A stretch of 64,000 nucleotides of DNA, taken from the NCBI GenBank assembly GCA_963766735.1, contig CAVYBU010000002.1:160001-224000 (forward strand), given 5' to 3'. This DNA is from an uncultured Chloroflexia bacterium. GTDB lineage: Bacteria; Chloroflexota; Limnocylindria; Limnocylindrales; CSP1-4. Positions 36,147-45,101 of this stretch are shown one piece after another (the first letter of the stretch is position 1; the number at the start of each line of letters is the position of its first letter). The translations under genes and the position numbers were made by a program. The notes under the pieces are model-generated. The model was not told the origin of the DNA, ran no database searches, and saw only the letters and a list, made by a program, of their open reading frames with translations.

Positions 36147-37179
36147 GGCGCTGCTCCTCGGCCTCCTGGCCCGCGGACCGCCACCCGGCCGGGGCGGGAG
36201 CGTCCAGCGGGCGCCCATACACCTGCCATCGGTGCGCAACCCCGAACCCAAGCCTCTCGTACAGCTGCAACGCGCCCGTCGGGTTGGAGCCGTCCACGCC
36301 CAGCCACGCCTCGGCCATGCCCTGGTCCCGCAGGACCCGCAACGATGCCGAGCAGAGTGCCTTGGCCACGCCACGCCCGCGCCACGGGCGCCGCACCGAG
36401 ACCTGCTCCAGCCACCCGCGGCTGATCGCCAGCTCCTCGATCTCGGCGCGGACGATCGTGTTCATCACGATGCCCGCCACCTGGTCTCCGTCCCACGCGA
36501 TGCACCACAGGGACGTGTCCCGGTCCGGGCCGTGGAACCAGGTGTGGAGGTTCGTCTCGTCCGGCGCGCGATGGCCCCAGTGATCCGCGAACGCCTCGTT
36601 GTTGGCATCGAAGATCGCCCGGTGCTGATCCGGCGTGACCGGCCGCATCTCGAGGCCTACGGGGAGGGGAGCCTCCGGCAGGATCCCGGTGAGCGTCCGG
36701 CGCATCTCAAACCCGTATCGGATGGGGACGAAACCCTCAGCGGCCAGCAGCGCCCTCTTGCCCGTCTCCTGGTCCAGGGCCCAGGAGCGCATCTCCAGCG
36801 GACCGCGCCAGGGATCGGCCGCGCACTCGGCCGCGAGGCGCTCCCGGTTCGCGTGGAAGAGCATCGTCCCGATGCCCCGGCGCCGATGTTCGGGCACGAT
36901 CACGCCCCACGACTCCGCCACGAGCACGCCGTCGCGGACGAGGCGGTACCCGATGGAGAAGCCGGCGAAGGCCCCATCCAGCTCGGCGAGCAGGACATCC
37001 CGCTCCGTCCGGAACGTCGCGGAGTCGGCGTTGTCGGCGGCGAGGGTTGCCCCAGTCTGGACCTCCTCGATCCCGTCGGCGCGGTTGGCGCGGTTGAGCG
37101 CGTCAGCCATCGCGTCCCAGTCTTCGGCCGTGGCGTGCCGGAGCGTGAGCCCGGGGATCGTCGTGGCAGTCGTGCTCAT
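36118..37179 (-). CDS. Tandem-domain GNAT acetyltransferase
   Basis: PEHRRRGIG and RPWRGRGVA acetyl-CoA motifs; LYERLGF. Confidence 0.9.
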   Translation of the reverse strand: MSTTATTIPGLTLRHATAEDWDAMADALNRANRADGIEEVQTGATLAADNADSATFRTERDVLLAELDGAFAGFSIGYRLVRDGVLVAESWGVIVPEHRRRGIGTMLFHANRERLAAECAADPWRGPLEMRSWALDQETGKRALLAAEGFVPIRYGFEMRRTLTGILPEAPLPVGLEMRPVTPDQHRAIFDANNEAFADHWGHRAPDETNLHTWFHGPDRDTSLWCIAWDGDQVAGIVMNTIVRAEIEELAISRGWLEQVSVRRPWRGRGVAKALCSASLRVLRDQGMAEAWLGVDGSNPTGALQLYERLGFGVAHRWQVYGRPLDAPAPAGWRSAGQEAEEQRLRTGGDPRA

Positions 37180-38150
37180 CGGTGGTCCTCCCCAGGGTCG
37201 AACGGCTTGCGGTAGGTCGCGCTGCGCGTGACGACGCGGAAGCCGGATGCCTCGTACAGGGTGAGCGCCTGGTTGCGATTGTCCAGGTCCACGCCGAGCC
37301 AGGCGCTGGCGGCCCCGGCCTCCCGGAGGCGCCGGAGGCTCTCCGCCATCGCTGCCCGGCCAAGGCCGCGGCGGCGGTGGTCGGGGCGCGTGGCGAGGGA
37401 TTCGAGGTAGCCCCGGATGGTGCCGTCCGGGGCCGGCTCGAGGAAGTTGCTGAGGCACGCCACCGGCGCGTCGCCCTGCCACGCCACCACGACGAGATCG
37501 CGGCGGAAGCGGGGATCTCCCGCCCAGACGTCGAGCCGCTGATCGCCGGCGTCGTACTCCCCCCAGTGTTCGTTGAAGGCCGTGACCATCACGTCGAAGA
37601 TGGCCGGCAGCTCGTGCTCCTCCGGCGTGCGGATGGCGTAGCCGTCCGGGACGTCGACCGCCGGCAGGTCCAGGAGGTCCGGCCGGAGCATCTGCGCGTC
37701 CCAGCGCACGGCCTCATAGCCGCGACCTGCCAGCGCCAGGAGGAACTCGTCGTCGCCCTCGTCCGCATAGGCGGTGAACCAGGACCGGCGGTCCCGGGCG
37801 TGTGTCCCGGCGATCACCCGCAGGCGCGCCTCGCTCCAGGCGAGGAACGCCTCGGCGATACCCAGGCCCCAGGCGGCGGGCTCGACGATGGCGGTGGAGT
37901 CGTAGACCCGGTCACCGTCGGCCAGGTCGTGCCATTCGACCCGCGCGTAGCCGACGGTGATCCCGTCTCGTTCCGCGATCAGGCAGTCCTCGAGCGGATC
38001 GGAGTTCACGAGGTGGGCGTAGTGATGCTCCATCGCCGCGAGGTTGACCCCGTCGAGCAGCCCGAGCCGGGCCCGCAGCCGTGCACTCGCCGCGGCCATC
38101 CCGGCCAGCTCCTCCGTCCCGCGATACGGGCGGTAGGCGGTGCCGTTCAT
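37176..38150 (-). CDS. Tandem-domain GNAT acetyltransferase (paralogue)
   Basis: AFNEHWG, PDHRRRGLG, WLGVD, LYEASGF. Confidence 0.9.
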   Translation of the reverse strand: MNGTAYRPYRGTEELAGMAAASARLRARLGLLDGVNLAAMEHHYAHLVNSDPLEDCLIAERDGITVGYARVEWHDLADGDRVYDSTAIVEPAAWGLGIAEAFLAWSEARLRVIAGTHARDRRSWFTAYADEGDDEFLLALAGRGYEAVRWDAQMLRPDLLDLPAVDVPDGYAIRTPEEHELPAIFDVMVTAFNEHWGEYDAGDQRLDVWAGDPRFRRDLVVVAWQGDAPVACLSNFLEPAPDGTIRGYLESLATRPDHRRRGLGRAAMAESLRRLREAGAASAWLGVDLDNRNQALTLYEASGFRVVTRSATYRKPFDPGEDHR

Positions 38151-39271
38151 CGGTCTCTCCCGTACTTCTCGGCCATGTACCGGCTGGCGGCCTGGCTGAT
38201 GGCCTTCCACTTCTTCCGCTCCGCCTCGCGGAGGAGCCGGTCCCCGGAGCGCGCGACGTGGGCCGCCTCCTTCTCGAGCTTGCGATAACTCTCGAGGCGG
38301 GCGTGGCTCAACCGGCCGTCGGCGAGGGCGGCACCGATCGCGCAGCCGGGCTCCCGCTCGTGGCGGCAGTCGGCAAACCGGCAGCCCGCGGCGATCTCCA
38401 TGATGTCGGCAAACGCCGGATCCAGTCCGTCGCCTGCGCCGCCGACGCCGAGGGAGCGGATCCCCGGCGTGTCGATGAGGAGCGCGCCGCCGGGCAGGCG
38501 GACGAGCTCGCGATGGGTGGTCGTGTGGCGGCCGCGGGAGTCATCCTCGCGAACCGCGCTGGTGCGCAGGTGCTCGCGCCCGAGGAGCGCGTTGACCAGC
38601 GTGGACTTGCCGACGCCCGACGAGCCCAGGACGACGGCCGTTCTCCCGGGAGCCAGGTGGCGTGTCGCGAGGTCGGCCACGCCGTCTCCGGTCCGCGCGG
38701 AGATCGCGACGACATCCGTCCCCGGGGCCACGCTGCCGGCCGCGGTCCGCAGGCCCTCGAGATCGGCGGCCACGTCCGCCTTGTTGAGGACGACGACGGG
38801 GATCGCGCCCCCGGAATACGCCACGGCGATGTACCGCTCCAGGCGGCGAAGGTTGAAGTCGCCGTCCAGGCCTGCGACGACGAGCGCCACGTCCACGTTG
38901 GCGGCCAGCACCTGCTCGTCGGTTGCGTGGCCCTCCTCGGTTCCGCGCCGGAACACCGTGCGCCGCGGCAGGACGGCATGGATCACGGCGGGCCCTCCAC
39001 CGTCGGTGCTACCGGCGGCAGCCACCCAGTCGCCCACGGCGGGCAGGTCGGCAGGGCCGAGGGCCTCGTGGCGGAGCCGGCCGGCGATGACCGAGTCCCG
39101 GTCCCCGCCGGGAGTGGCGAGGACCCAGGAGGCCCGATGTGAGGCCACGACCCGGGCGGGCTGCCACCCCGTTGCCGTGAACGGCGCGAAGGAGGCGGCC
39201 CAGCCCGGGTCCCAGCCGAGCTCGGTCGGAGTCGCGGGAGCCGCGCCTTCGGTCGGGTGGTCCATCGTCAT
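38147..39271 (-). CDS. rsgA: Ribosome small subunit-dependent GTPase A
   Basis: AVGDWV, LNKAD, GSSGVGKS, GRHTTT, DTPG, Zn site CRFADCRHEREPGC. Confidence 0.96.
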   Translation of the reverse strand: MTMDHPTEGAAPATPTELGWDPGWAASFAPFTATGWQPARVVASHRASWVLATPGGDRDSVIAGRLRHEALGPADLPAVGDWVAAAGSTDGGGPAVIHAVLPRRTVFRRGTEEGHATDEQVLAANVDVALVVAGLDGDFNLRRLERYIAVAYSGGAIPVVVLNKADVAADLEGLRTAAGSVAPGTDVVAISARTGDGVADLATRHLAPGRTAVVLGSSGVGKSTLVNALLGREHLRTSAVREDDSRGRHTTTHRELVRLPGGALLIDTPGIRSLGVGGAGDGLDPAFADIMEIAAGCRFADCRHEREPGCAIGAALADGRLSHARLESYRKLEKEAAHVARSGDRLLREAERKKWKAISQAASRYMAEKYGRDR

Positions 39272-40185
39272 CCCACCCGCTTGAGCTTGCCGGTGCGCTT
39301 CGCGTATCGCTCGGCGCGCGCGAACGCCCACAGGCCGGCCGGGATGAGCACGACGCCAAGGATGATCAGGGGGACGATGTCCCCGACGAGGGCCGTGAGC
39401 GGCGCCCCATCGAGGATCCCTGCCCGCACGCCGTCGAGCACGTAGGTTGCCGGCGACAGCCTCGAGATCGCCTGCATCCACTCCGGCAGGACCTCGACCG
39501 GGTAGTAGACCCCGGACACGAGGAGCAGGCACGACTGGATGACGAAGGTCATCTGCGCCCCGCGTTCCACGTAGAGCAGCGGCAGGATCGCGGCCATCAT
39601 GCCGATGCCCACGAAGCTGAACGACCCGAGGAGAACGAAGACCGCGGCGGTCGAGAGGTTCGTCACCCCCAGGTCCAGCCCCCGGTAGAACAGCATCATG
39701 ACCACGAGCATGGCAGCGGTATGCACCAGGCCGTAGCCCATCGCGTACACGCAGGATCCCAGGAGCTGGGTCCAGCGCCGAACCGGCGCCATGAACGTGT
39801 ACTCGAGCGTGCCCTCCCAGCGCTCCATCGCGATCGTCTCTGCGATCCACGAGAAGACGACGGACAGGTAGTTCCAGAAGACGGCGCCGATGATGAGCGT
39901 GAGCAGGAGCCGCTCGTTGCCCTCGGCAGCACCGATCAGGCTGATCGATAGGGCACCGGCGACGGAGTAGACGAGGAAGGCGAGCTCCCACCCCCAGTAC
40001 CGGCGGGTGAGGAAGAAGTTGCGTTCGACGAAGGCGTATGACGCCTTCAGCTCGTGCGCGACGAGAGCCAACGGAGGTTTCCTTTCGAGGTTCCGCTCCC
40101 GGGTCCGGTTGCCCGGACCCGGGATGCGTCTGCGGCGGGGGTCATCCCTGCCACTCGGGGGTGGCCAGGGTCTCGCCTCCGACAC
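39268..40185 (-). CDS. ABC-2 type exporter permease
   Basis: ERWEGTLEYTFMAPV, SGVYYPVEVLPEWMQ, SPATY. Confidence 0.92.
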   Translation of the reverse strand: MSEARPWPPPSGRDDPRRRRIPGPGNRTRERNLERKPPLALVAHELKASYAFVERNFFLTRRYWGWELAFLVYSVAGALSISLIGAAEGNERLLLTLIIGAVFWNYLSVVFSWIAETIAMERWEGTLEYTFMAPVRRWTQLLGSCVYAMGYGLVHTAAMLVVMMLFYRGLDLGVTNLSTAAVFVLLGSFSFVGIGMMAAILPLLYVERGAQMTFVIQSCLLLVSGVYYPVEVLPEWMQAISRLSPATYVLDGVRAGILDGAPLTALVGDIVPLIILGVVLIPAGLWAFARAERYAKRTGKLKRVG

Positions 40186-40435
40186 GCCGGCCGAGTCGCA
40201 CCAGCGACTCGCCGAACTGGTGGCGGATCGACCGTTTGGACACGGTGTCCGCGCGGTCGGCGCCGTGGATCAACCACTCGGACACGATGGCCGCGCGGTC
40301 GGCATCGCGAATCGCCCGATGGAACGACTTGCGCTCCTCGAAGTTCGCGAGCTGGAGTGCGATGTGATGCACGTGAGGATCCTTTCGGAAGGTGGGGTGA
40401 CGCCTGGTGGTCGTTGCTGGCCGGTTGGTCATCAC
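40142..40435 (-). CDS. Small hypothetical protein inside the ABC operon
   Basis: Strong SD GAAAGGAGG before 40435; second SD-like GAAAGGA before GTG 40372. Confidence 0.55.
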   Translation of the reverse strand: MMTNRPATTTRRHPTFRKDPHVHHIALQLANFEERKSFHRAIRDADRAAIVSEWLIHGADRADTVSKRSIRHQFGESLVRLGRRVGGETLATPEWQG

Positions 40436-40454
40436 GGCACCTCCTTTCGATGGT

Positions 40455-41405
40455 TCAGTCGGGTGTGTCGCCGTCCTCCTCGACGTCCTCGTCGAGGGAG
40501 CGGCCGGTGAAGGTCATGAACACGGCGTGGAGCGTGGGCTCCTGCCCGTGAACGTCGGCGACCATGCGCTTGAGCCCTTCGGGCGAGTCCTCGGCAACCA
40601 CACGACCCCCATCGAGGATCGTGATCCGGTCGCAGAGGCGCTCAGCCTCGGCCAGGTCGTGCGTGGTGAGGACGATCGTGGCGTCGTGCGCCTTGTTCAT
40701 CTCTTCCACGAAGCCCTGGACGTCGAGCTTGCTGCGCGGGTCGAGGCCCGTCGTCGGCTCATCCAGGAGGAGCACCGTCGGGCTCGTCAGCAGGGCTCGC
40801 GCGATCGCGACCTTCTGCTGCATTCCCCGGCTCATCTGCTCCACCGGGCGTCCGAGGCGGCTCTCCGCGATGCCGAGCCGGGCGAGGATGGCCGTGGCCT
40901 GCCGCTTCGCCTGTCGGGCATCGAGGCCGTAGAGGCGGGCGGCGAAGAGCAGGTTCTCCATCGGGCTCAGCTTCTTGAAGAAGGCCGCGTCCACGCTCAC
41001 CCGGTTGATGAGCCGCTTCACGGCGAGCTCATCGCGCTCGATGTCGAGGCCGAACACCTCCACCTTGCCCTCGTCCAGGGTCAGCAACCCAGAGATCAGG
41101 CGGATGAGGGTCGACTTGCCGGAGCCGTTGGCGCCCAGGACCCCGTGGATCGTGCCGCGCTCCAGGCGGAGCGAGACGTCGTCGATCGCGAGGACCGGGG
41201 GCTTGCGCCGGTCGACGTTGAAACGCTTGGTGACGTGGTCGACGAGGAGAGCCGGCGGGCCAGCCGGGGTCCGGAGCAGGGGGGCGTGCCCTCCCGCGTC
41301 CGGGCCGGCCGGGATCCGCGCGGCGGGCTCGAGGTCGGCGTTGGCGGACATCGGGCTCGACGTCGGAGTGGTCGTCTTCGGTTCGGGCGCGAGGGTTGTG
41401 GTCAC
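40455..41405 (-). CDS. ABC exporter ATP-binding subunit (DrrA-like)
   Basis: GANGSGKS, MSRGMQQK, LLLDEPTTGLD, TTH; SD AGGAGG. Confidence 0.95.
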   Translation of the reverse strand: MTTTLAPEPKTTTPTSSPMSANADLEPAARIPAGPDAGGHAPLLRTPAGPPALLVDHVTKRFNVDRRKPPVLAIDDVSLRLERGTIHGVLGANGSGKSTLIRLISGLLTLDEGKVEVFGLDIERDELAVKRLINRVSVDAAFFKKLSPMENLLFAARLYGLDARQAKRQATAILARLGIAESRLGRPVEQMSRGMQQKVAIARALLTSPTVLLLDEPTTGLDPRSKLDVQGFVEEMNKAHDATIVLTTHDLAEAERLCDRITILDGGRVVAEDSPEGLKRMVADVHGQEPTLHAVFMTFTGRSLDEDVEEDGDTPD

Positions 41406-41537
41406 GGGACCCTCCTGTGGTTGGTGGTGGCTCGGGTTGCGCACCAGGCCGCGGGTCCCAGGCATGGGACGAGCCGCGGGCCCGGTGTTCGGGGGCCTGC
41501 GGCTCGGGGTCGTGCGTGGCCGTGGAGATGCCTGCAC

Positions 41538-41572
41538 AAACAAAAGAGCCGGGGCCCGGTGGCCCACGGCTC
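41538..41572 (-). terminator. Intrinsic terminator within the operon leader (attenuator)
   Basis: Minus strand GAGCCG-T-GGGCC-ACCG-GGCCC-CGGCTC followed by TTTTGTTT. Confidence 0.75.
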
Positions 41573-41604
41573 GGTGGTCGCTCTGGGGCGCCTGGCCCCG
41601 CGTC

Positions 41605-41688
41605 CTACCTGCTGGTGGGCACACCTCTACCGCTGACGGTGCCGAGGGCAGCCGCCGTGCGCGGGTAGAAGACTGCGTTCTTCACCAT
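41605..41688 (-). CDS. Putative leader peptide MVKNAVFYPRTAAALGTVSGRGVPTSR
   Basis: GGAGG upstream; stop lies 32 nt before the terminator stem. Confidence 0.5.
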   Translation of the reverse strand: MVKNAVFYPRTAAALGTVSGRGVPTSR

Positions 41689-41894
41689 GGGGCTCACCGC
41701 CTCCGGTAACAGGACGTGCCGAGCGACCTGCTCAGCCGCCGCGGATACTACGCTCCGCTCGGCGGGCTCGTCAACCCCAGCCGACGGTCGCGTGCCGCGG
41801 GCGGATCCTGGCGCGGGTTGGCCAGGCCCCGGGGCGGGTGCCGCCCCTGAGACGACACCCGGCAGCTGAGACGACATCCGGCGCCAGCGATCTT

Positions 41895-41920
41895 GGAACC
41901 GCGCGCCGCCGCCGCGCGTC
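41895..41920 (+). promoter_or_regulatory. Putative ECF-sigma promoter GGAACC-N16-CGTC
   Basis: Typical ECF -35/-10 pattern about 35 nt before the lipoprotein gene. Confidence 0.45.
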
Positions 41921-41954
41921 GACACGGTGGCGCCCCTCAACGAGGATCCCGATC

Positions 41955-42856
41955 GTGCGTCTGCCGACTCGTCTCCATCGTCACCGTGTTCGCCATGCTG
42001 CTCGTCGCTGCCTGCGGCGGTGCCGGAAGTGCTTCGCCGTCCTCCCCTGCGTCGCCCACGTCGGCGCCCTCGGCGGACCCGACCGCCCAGACCTACTGGC
42101 TCCGGGCCATGCCCACCCAGGCCCTGCCACCCGTCAACGTGTTTGCGATGCAGCCGTCTGTCGTCATCACCGGCGACGGCCTTGTCGTCACCCAGGGTCC
42201 CGTTCCGGCGATCTTCCCGGGACCCCTCATGCCCAACCTGCAGGCGCGCCAGCTGTCCGAGGCCGGGCGCTCAGAGATCCTCGCCGCTGCAGCAGAGCTG
42301 GGCCTGCTCGAGGGCAAGACCGACTTCAGCTCGGGGGAGCCGATCATGGGCGGCATGAGCGGCCGGATCGAGCTCACGGTCGACGGCCAGGCTCGTCACG
42401 CTCACCGGCAACCCCGATGCCCTCATGGAGTGCGTGACCACGCCCTGCGAGCCGCCCGCGGGCTCGCCCGCGGCGTTCGCGGAGTTCTGGCGCCGTCTCG
42501 GCGACTTGCCGTCGTGGATCCCGGACGAGCTGGGCCCGGAGGCGCCGTACGAGGCCCAGGCCTATGCGATCCTCGTCGGCCCCGCCCCGATGCCCGACCC
42601 GAACCTCCCGCAGCCCCCGATGGAATGGCCGCTCGAGCAGCCATTGGGCCTCTTCGGTGGCCCGGTCGCGGACGGCTCCTACCGGTGTGGCACGGTGTCA
42701 GGCGACGACGCGGCCACGCTGCGGCCCGCGCTGGAGGCGGCGAACCAGCTGACCCAGTGGGTCGACGATCCGACGACGAGCGCCACCTTCGGCCTCACCG
42801 TGCGCCCGATGGTGCCTGGCGAGGATGTCTGCCGGGAGGTGTTCGGCCCCGCCTGA
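41955..42856 (+). CDS. Lipoprotein (hypothetical), +1 frameshifts near 41964 and 42391
   Basis: Lipobox LVAAC; ITGDGLVVTQGPVPAIFPGP; continues as LVTLTGNPDALMECVTTPC in the next frame. Confidence 0.65.
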
Positions 42857-42908
42857 GTCGCAGGTGTCCGGCCGGTGGGGTGTCTTGCCGCTCCGCCGGC
42901 CGGTCGAC

Positions 42909-43475
42909 TCAGGGACGACGCCTGACCACGACCCGCGGTCGTCCCGCGGCCCTGGACGTGGTGGGGGAGACGACCGCGAACCCGGCTCGCTCGAACATCG
43001 CAGTCGTGCCGGTGTAGGCAGCCGCGGAAGCCATCCGATCCCCGCCGGTTTCCACCGGGTAGCCCTCGAGGGTCGTCGCCCCGTTGGCCCTGGCGTATGC
43101 GACCGCCGCGTCAAGCAGCGCGCCGGCCACTCCGCTCCGCCGCGACGTCCTCGCGACCACGAAGCAGTTCACGACCCACACCCCATCCCCGGGGAGCTGC
43201 GGGATCGTGCGCGATCTCGCCAGTCGTCCGAAGTCCTCGCGCGGCCCGAGTCCAACCCAGCCGACAGCCTTCCCGTCCCGCAGCGCCACCAGGCCGGGCG
43301 CCGGATCCCGCCCCACGAGTGCGCGCAGGTCCCGACGGGATTCGTCCACCGAGGTGTACCAGTTGGACCCGGGCTTGCGCCAGAACTGGCACCAGCACGA
43401 CTTCGGGTCGCCACCGGCGGCGAACAGCTCGACGATCGCCGGCCAGACGGCAGGGGACGCGGGCACGATCTCCAC
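42909..43475 (-). CDS. GNAT acetyltransferase (CWC-motif family)
   Basis: CWCQFWR, VGWVGLGPR, RRSGVA, LEGYP, MFERAGF. Confidence 0.9.
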   Translation of the reverse strand: MEIVPASPAVWPAIVELFAAGGDPKSCWCQFWRKPGSNWYTSVDESRRDLRALVGRDPAPGLVALRDGKAVGWVGLGPREDFGRLARSRTIPQLPGDGVWVVNCFVVARTSRRSGVAGALLDAAVAYARANGATTLEGYPVETGGDRMASAAAYTGTTAMFERAGFAVVSPTTSRAAGRPRVVVRRRP

Positions 43476-43966
43476 CTGAGGAGGATAACAATGCCCGGTC
43501 GCCCGCCGAGGCTGGTCGCCGGGGCTCAGCCGAGTCGCTCGACCACCAGGACGAAGTCCACACGCTGCGCCCAGAGAACGTGGAGCGTCACGTTGGGGAT
43601 GATGGCGACAACGTCGCCCTCGAGGTCGTTGAGGAACCGCTCGAGGTTGGCCTGATCCCTGGTCATCCGGAGATTGAACCGATGAACGCGGTAGCGCATG
43701 ACATACCTCCGGCCCCAGCGTAGGAGGGCACCGTCCTTCCGATCCAGAGCCGAAGGGTCTAGACCGACCCCACGTATCGGCAGCCCTCGGAACCTGAGGA
43801 GAGGCGTTGCGTCAGGGATGCTCGTGATCGCGGACCGAGGAACCGGGATGACGACGGGGATATCGCGGCAGCCCCGCTTGACACCAGCACGACTTCGGGT
43901 CGCCACCGGCGGCGAACAGCTCGACGATCGCCGGCCAGACGGCAGGGGACGCGGGCACGATCTCCA
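43390..43966. repeat. Exact 85-bp direct repeat (43390-43474 and 43882-43966) flanking a 407-bp insert
   Basis: Base-by-base comparison; the repeat is the first ~28 codons of the GNAT gene. Confidence 0.92.
43526..43699 (-). CDS. Small hypothetical protein (57 aa) within the insert
   Basis: GGAGG 6 nt before ATG; MRYRVHRFNLRM...VDFVLVVERLG, alpha/beta pattern. Confidence 0.65.
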   Translation of the reverse strand: MRYRVHRFNLRMTRDQANLERFLNDLEGDVVAIIPNVTLHVLWAQRVDFVLVVERLG

Positions 43967-44177
43967 TCATTCGATGGTAGCGCCGGAGGGAAACGCGGCG
44001 ATTGTCCCCCGGGGGCCAGCGGTTCTCTGGAGAGCCGGCCCAAGCCCGGCGTTGGTGGGACGCTGACTCACCCTGCGTGGTTGCACCAGCGGCGACCGGC
44101 CCCATGGCAGGTGCCCCGACGGCCTATGCTGGTCGGGGTCATCCCGCTCTCGCTGAACCCGCCTCGGAGGTATCGGA

Positions 44178-44597
44178 ATGCTGCGTCGCCTGCTCGTTGT
44201 CGGGTTCATCGCCCTCGCCATCGCGGCCTGTGGGTCGGATTCGGCAACCGAATCCCCGGAGGCGGCCCCGTCCGACGCCCCAGTCGTCACGCCCACCGAG
44301 ACGCCGACGGATGCGCCGATCGATGACCTGACGCCGGGCGAGCCCACCACAACGACCGCCGCGTGCAACGCGGTCGGTGTCCGCAAGAAGGCGTCCACGG
44401 ATGGCGCGCTCATCGTCCGGGTTGGCGCGGGAACCGAGGTCCGCGTGGTGGAGACCGTCGTGGGAGACGCGTACACGGCCGGCAACTGCGGGGCCGCCGG
44501 CGATGCCTGGCTGAAGATCGACCAGGTCGGCGGCAAGGACGTCCAGGCGCTCTACAAAGTCGAGTTCGCGTACGCGGCAGCGGGCTTCTTCAGGTAG
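44178..44597 (+). CDS. Lipoprotein with SH3b-like domain
   Basis: Lipobox IAAC; VGVRKKASTDG...GTEVRV...WLKI; GGAGG SD. Confidence 0.7.
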   Translation: MLRRLLVVGFIALAIAACGSDSATESPEAAPSDAPVVTPTETPTDAPIDDLTPGEPTTTTAACNAVGVRKKASTDGALIVRVGAGTEVRVVETVVGDAYTAGNCGAAGDAWLKIDQVGGKDVQALYKVEFAYAAAGFFR

Positions 44598-44681
44598 GAG
44601 AGCGCGCGGCGAGGACGTCGGGCCCGGAGCTGCGGGCGGCGACGCCGGGCCGGGAGCGCGGCGCCGGGTCCCGGACGGCCG

Positions 44682-45029
44682 TCAGAGTGCGGCGATCCCG
44701 GCGATCTCCACCTTGTAGTCCGGCGATGCGAGGCGCGCCTCCACGGTGGCGCGGGCCGGCGGGTTGTCCGTGTCCACCCAGGCGTCCCACGCGGCGTTCA
44801 TGTCCGCGAACGTGTCGATGTCGGATAGCCAGATCGAGACCGTCAGCAACCTCGACTTGTCCGTGCCCGCGGCGGCGAGATGGCGGTCGATCCCGGCGAG
44901 GATCTCGCGGGTCTGCTCCTGGACGGTTGCGGCCGGGTTGTCGCTGACGTGCCCCGCGAGGTAGACGAGGCCACCGTGGATCACGGCCTCGGACAGGCGC
45001 GCACCGGGTTCAAGACGCTGGATGGTCAC
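44682..45029 (-). CDS. RidA/YjgF family protein (YoaB-like)
   Basis: LVYLAG, MNAAWDAW, PARATVEARL, VEI. Confidence 0.92.
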   Translation of the reverse strand: MTIQRLEPGARLSEAVIHGGLVYLAGHVSDNPAATVQEQTREILAGIDRHLAAAGTDKSRLLTVSIWLSDIDTFADMNAAWDAWVDTDNPPARATVEARLASPDYKVEIAGIAAL

Positions 45030-45101
45030 GGGTTCCTCCATGGAGCGGCTGCTGGCGGGATGGCAGCAGGGTACCCGGAGCGGACGCGCTAGCATCGGAC
45101 G

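Noticed and set aside
43476-43526. Integron attC site after the 57-aa ORF
   Set aside because: No RYYYAAC/GTTRRRY pair, no integrase and no cassette array
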